Origin: an uncultured Planctomycetaceae bacterium
GTDB taxonomy: Bacteria > Planctomycetota > Phycisphaerae > SM23-33
Assembly: GCA_964564285.1 (NCBI GenBank)
Contig: CAZMBZ010000001.1
Coordinates: forward strand, 2,508 to 66,507
DNA length: 64,000 nucleotides
Direction of reading: 5' to 3'
Shown piece after piece: positions 61,402-64,000 of this stretch; within the stretch, counting starts at the first letter, position 1, and each line of letters opens with the position of its first letter. The position numbers were made by a program, and so were the translations under genes. A model generated the notes under the pieces. The model was not told where the DNA came from. It did no database searches and saw nothing but the letters and a program-made list of their open reading frames with translations.

Positions 61402-62031
61402 CTAGACAGTCATCGCCTCGCCGGGCTGGAGGAGTTTGCCCTGGCACTCGGTGGTCTGGACGAACTGCTCGGCGTCAGTGATGGAACCGACGATATCGCC
61501 CCAGTGGTAGGGCACGGCTGACTTGCAGCCGATGGCCTTGCAGGCGCGGGCGGCCTCGGCGGCGTTGAGCGTATAGGTTCCGCCGACCGGCAGCAGCGCG
61601 ACGTCCACTCCCTGAAGCTCTTCCATTTCCGGGATCAAGTCAGTGTCGCCGGCGTAGTACACGCGTTTGGCGTCGATGGTCAGCACCACGCCGATCCACT
61701 GGTTGGATCGGGGGTGGAAGGCCTTGTCGACGTTGTAGGCCGCGACGGCCTCGACGGTCACGCCCTTGATGGTAATGTTGTCGCCAGGGGTGACGGCGCT
61801 GGCGATCCGCATCTTGGCGACGACGTCGCCGGGCGCGATGATGGCGGTGTCTTCCTTGGCGATCTTCTCGATGTCATCGGGTGAGAAGTGGTCGTGATGG
61901 CTGTGGGATACGATTACGAGGTCGGCGTCGTGCGGCGACTGGTCCAGCTTCCACGGGTCTATGTACGTTACCGATTCGGTGCCGGCGATACGGAAGCTCG
62001 CGTGGCCTAACCATTTGATTTCGACCGACAT
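61402..62031 (-). CDS. MBL-fold metal-dependent hydrolase (UPF0173-like)
   Basis: VIVSHSHHDHFSPDDI (H-x-H-x-D-H). AAGGAG lies before ATG 62031. Confidence 0.8.
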   Translation of the reverse strand: MSVEIKWLGHASFRIAGTESVTYIDPWKLDQSPHDADLVIVSHSHHDHFSPDDIEKIAKEDTAIIAPGDVVAKMRIASAVTPGDNITIKGVTVEAVAAYNVDKAFHPRSNQWIGVVLTIDAKRVYYAGDTDLIPEMEELQGVDVALLPVGGTYTLNAAEAARACKAIGCKSAVPYHWGDIVGSITDAEQFVQTTECQGKLLQPGEAMTV

Positions 62032-62103
62032 GTCAGACTCCTTTGCTTGCGGCTTCGATTGCACCTTTTCGATGAAACGAACAGGTTCCCATGGAAGTTG
62101 CGC

Positions 62104-62433
62104 CTATTCAGAGAAACTGCTGCCGCAGTTGCAGCTTGTTCGGGCGTTGGGGTTTTTGAATACGAACCCGCCCTTGAGCAACGTGTCGTCGTAGTCGATC
62201 TCCGTGCCCTTGACTGACGGGTAACTCTTGTATTCGCATACGATTCGCACGTCATGGCTTATGAAAGTCTGGTCCTGCGGGCCGGGCTTGTCGGTGACGT
62301 CCAGCGTGTAGGTGAAGCCTTCGCATCCGCCGCCGCGTACGCCCACGCGAAGACATGCGGTGGCCGTCATTTTATGGCTGGCAAGCAGGCGTTTGATCTT
62401 CTCGGCTGCCTTTTCGCTAAGCGTTATCGACAT
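62104..62433 (-). CDS. A-type iron-sulfur carrier (IscA/ErpA/HesB family)
   Basis: RVGVRGGGCEGFTY and C-terminal SCNCGSSF cysteine ligands. GAAGGA lies before ATG 62433. Confidence 0.85.
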   Translation of the reverse strand: MSITLSEKAAEKIKRLLASHKMTATACLRVGVRGGGCEGFTYTLDVTDKPGPQDQTFISHDVRIVCEYKSYPSVKGTEIDYDDTLLKGGFVFKNPNARTSCNCGSSFSE

Positions 62434-62455
62434 GGCGCGTCCTTCTAGCCTGCCT

Positions 62456-62863
62456 TCACAACGCCGGTTGGTGTTGGCGGCAGCATTTGCTTTGCCAGTC
62501 GGCAATTGCACCTCGAACGGCGTCCTCGGCCAGACGCGAACTGTGCTGCTTTTCCGGCGTCAGGCCCAAGCGTTCGGTTACGTAATCACCGCTGAAGCTC
62601 TCGGCCTGGTCGACCGTTTTGCCGCGGAGCCATTCCGTCGTAAGCGACCCTGCCGCGATGGCGGCTGAGCAACCGAAGGTCTTGAACACCGCCCGCTTGA
62701 TACGCCCTTGGCAGTCGACTTCTATCTGGAGCCTCATTACGTCGCCGCAGTCTGCGACGGTGGCCGTGGAAGTTCCCACTTGCCGGCTTCGGCGGTTCAA
62801 CGACCCGACGTTTCTCGGGCTGTTGAAGTGATCTTCAAATTCCTGGTTGCGGTTAGGTGCCAT
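62456..62863 (-). CDS. IscU/NifU-N-like Fe-S scaffold with atypical third ligand position
   Basis: HFNSPRNVGS, VADCGDVMRLQIEV, FKTFGCSAAIAAGS, then QHSSRLAEDAV where IscU has HCS.LAEDA. Confidence 0.8.
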   Translation of the reverse strand: MAPNRNQEFEDHFNSPRNVGSLNRRSRQVGTSTATVADCGDVMRLQIEVDCQGRIKRAVFKTFGCSAAIAAGSLTTEWLRGKTVDQAESFSGDYVTERLGLTPEKQHSSRLAEDAVRGAIADWQSKCCRQHQPAL

Positions 62864-62912
62864 ACTCTAAGTTTAGCCGTCTCGGTCCTGGCGGCCTGCG
62901 CCTTTTCACTGT

Positions 62913-64000
62913 TTATTGTAGCGGCGCCGGGTCGGTTTTCTCGCTTGCCAGTTCATAAAGTGGGCTGATTGCTCGAAGTTCGCGCACGGCTTGGACAATC
63001 GCGCCGATGGCGAAATCTATTTCCTCGGCCGTGGTGGGGCGGCCCAGGCTGAAGCGAATGGCCGCGTTGGCCTGGGTGTCCGGCACCTGCATCGCTACCA
63101 GCACGTGGCTGGGCTCGCGGGATTCGCTCATGCATGCCGAGCCGGACGATACTGCCAGGCTGCTCAGCTTCATAATCAGCGCCTCGCCCTCGACATAGGC
63201 GAACGAGAGGTTCGCCGTGTTGCAGAGTCGCTTCGTCGGATGGCCGTTGAGATTCACATCGGGCAGTTGCTCGCGGATGCCCTCGGCCAGGCGGTTGCGG
63301 AGCGAGAGAATTCGCCTGGCGTCTTCGGTCAACTCGTTACGGGCAATTTCGGCTGCGGCGCCCAGGCCTACGATTCCTGGCACGTTGAGCGTGCCGCTGC
63401 GCAGGCCTTGTTCGTGGCTGCCGCCATGCATCTGTTTGCCCAGTCGCACGCGCGGCGAGCGGCGGCGAACGTAGAGGCAGCCCGTGCCCTTGGGACCGTA
63501 AAGCTTGTGGGCTGAAAGGCTAAGCAGATCAACCCCAAGCGATTCGACGTCGATGGGTATCTTCCCGGCCGCCTGGGTGGCGTCGGTGTGAAGCAGTACG
63601 CCGGCTTGCTTGGCGATCCTGCCGATCTCAGCCAGTGGGGCGAGCGTGCCCGTTTCGTTGTTGGCGGCCATTATGGATATCAGGACGGTCTGGTCGGTGA
63701 TGGCGGCCTGGATGTCGGCCGGGCTTACTCGACCGGTCTTGTCGACGGGGACCTGCGTCACTTCCCATCCCGCATTCGCCAGTGCCTCGCACGGGTCCAG
63801 CACTGCGTTATGCTCGGTGGGGCAAGTGATTATGTGTCTGCCCTTGTCGCGATACATTTCGCATACGCCCTTGATCGCGAGGTTGTTGCTCTCGGTGGCG
63901 CCGGCGGTCCAGGTGATCTCGCGCGGCGTGGCACCGATGAGTTCGGCCACCTGCTGGCGGGCGACTTCGCACGCGGCTTCGGCCTTCCAGCCAAAGGCGT
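62913..64000 (-). CDS. cysteine desulfurase (NifS/IscS class), N-terminus beyond the right window edge
   Basis: TGGATESNNLAIKG-like region, SLSAHKLYGPKG (PLP lysine), SSGSAC active-site loop. The frame stays open to base 64000. Confidence 0.9.
   Translation of the reverse strand, partial: AFGWKAEAACEVARQQVAELIGATPREITWTAGATESNNLAIKGVCEMYRDKGRHIITCPTEHNAVLDPCEALANAGWEVTQVPVDKTGRVSPADIQAAITDQTVLISIMAANNETGTLAPLAEIGRIAKQAGVLLHTDATQAAGKIPIDVESLGVDLLSLSAHKLYGPKGTGCLYVRRRSPRVRLGKQMHGGSHEQGLRSGTLNVPGIVGLGAAAEIARNELTEDARRILSLRNRLAEGIREQLPDVNLNGHPTKRLCNTANLSFAYVEGEALIMKLSSLAVSSGSACMSESREPSHVLVAMQVPDTQANAAIRFSLGRPTTAEEIDFAIGAIVQAVRELRAISPLYELASEKTDPAPLQ

Overview
High-GC bacterial chromosomal segment. 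The gene content looks Planctomycetota-like, though this is inference from family content only: a PEP-CTERM protein, dockerin-type and ALEPRLLLSS-type secreted proteins, a DUF1080 fusion, DUF11 repeats, a Tat-signal sulfatase, GH78/GH31 enzymes and giant TPR lipoproteins. I can support about 45 protein genes and one tRNA-Val(TAC). No rRNA, CRISPR array or intact transposase is visible. Housekeeping genes: a minus-strand block nusA-infB-DUF503-rbfA-(HhH/lysine-rich tail protein)-hisG-TPR-yebC-phosphoesterase at 22.3-34.6 kb, plus corA, mnmA, pyk, clpB, fdhD, fhs, and a nifS/iscS-iscU-A-type carrier-MBL cluster at the right edge. Main observations: (1) a near-perfect 4,729-bp head-to-tail tandem duplication (49021-58478) carrying an arylsulfatase, a GH78 alpha-L-rhamnosidase and an orphan 3' fragment of fhs, joined at a short microhomology. 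(2) An about 470-nt non-coding transcription unit where rimP would be expected upstream of nusA, with a near-consensus promoter, several strong hairpins and an intrinsic terminator. (3) An AT-richer ankyrin-repeat gene bracketed by a 27-bp direct repeat and a roughly 37-bp inverted repeat. (4) A decayed ParB-like pseudogene region at 38.9-40.5 kb. (5) Several unannotated small ORFs and an IscU-like scaffold lacking its third conserved cysteine. Most long antisense ORFs in the track are high-GC shadow ORFs. All functional calls come from motif recognition by eye; no database search was run.
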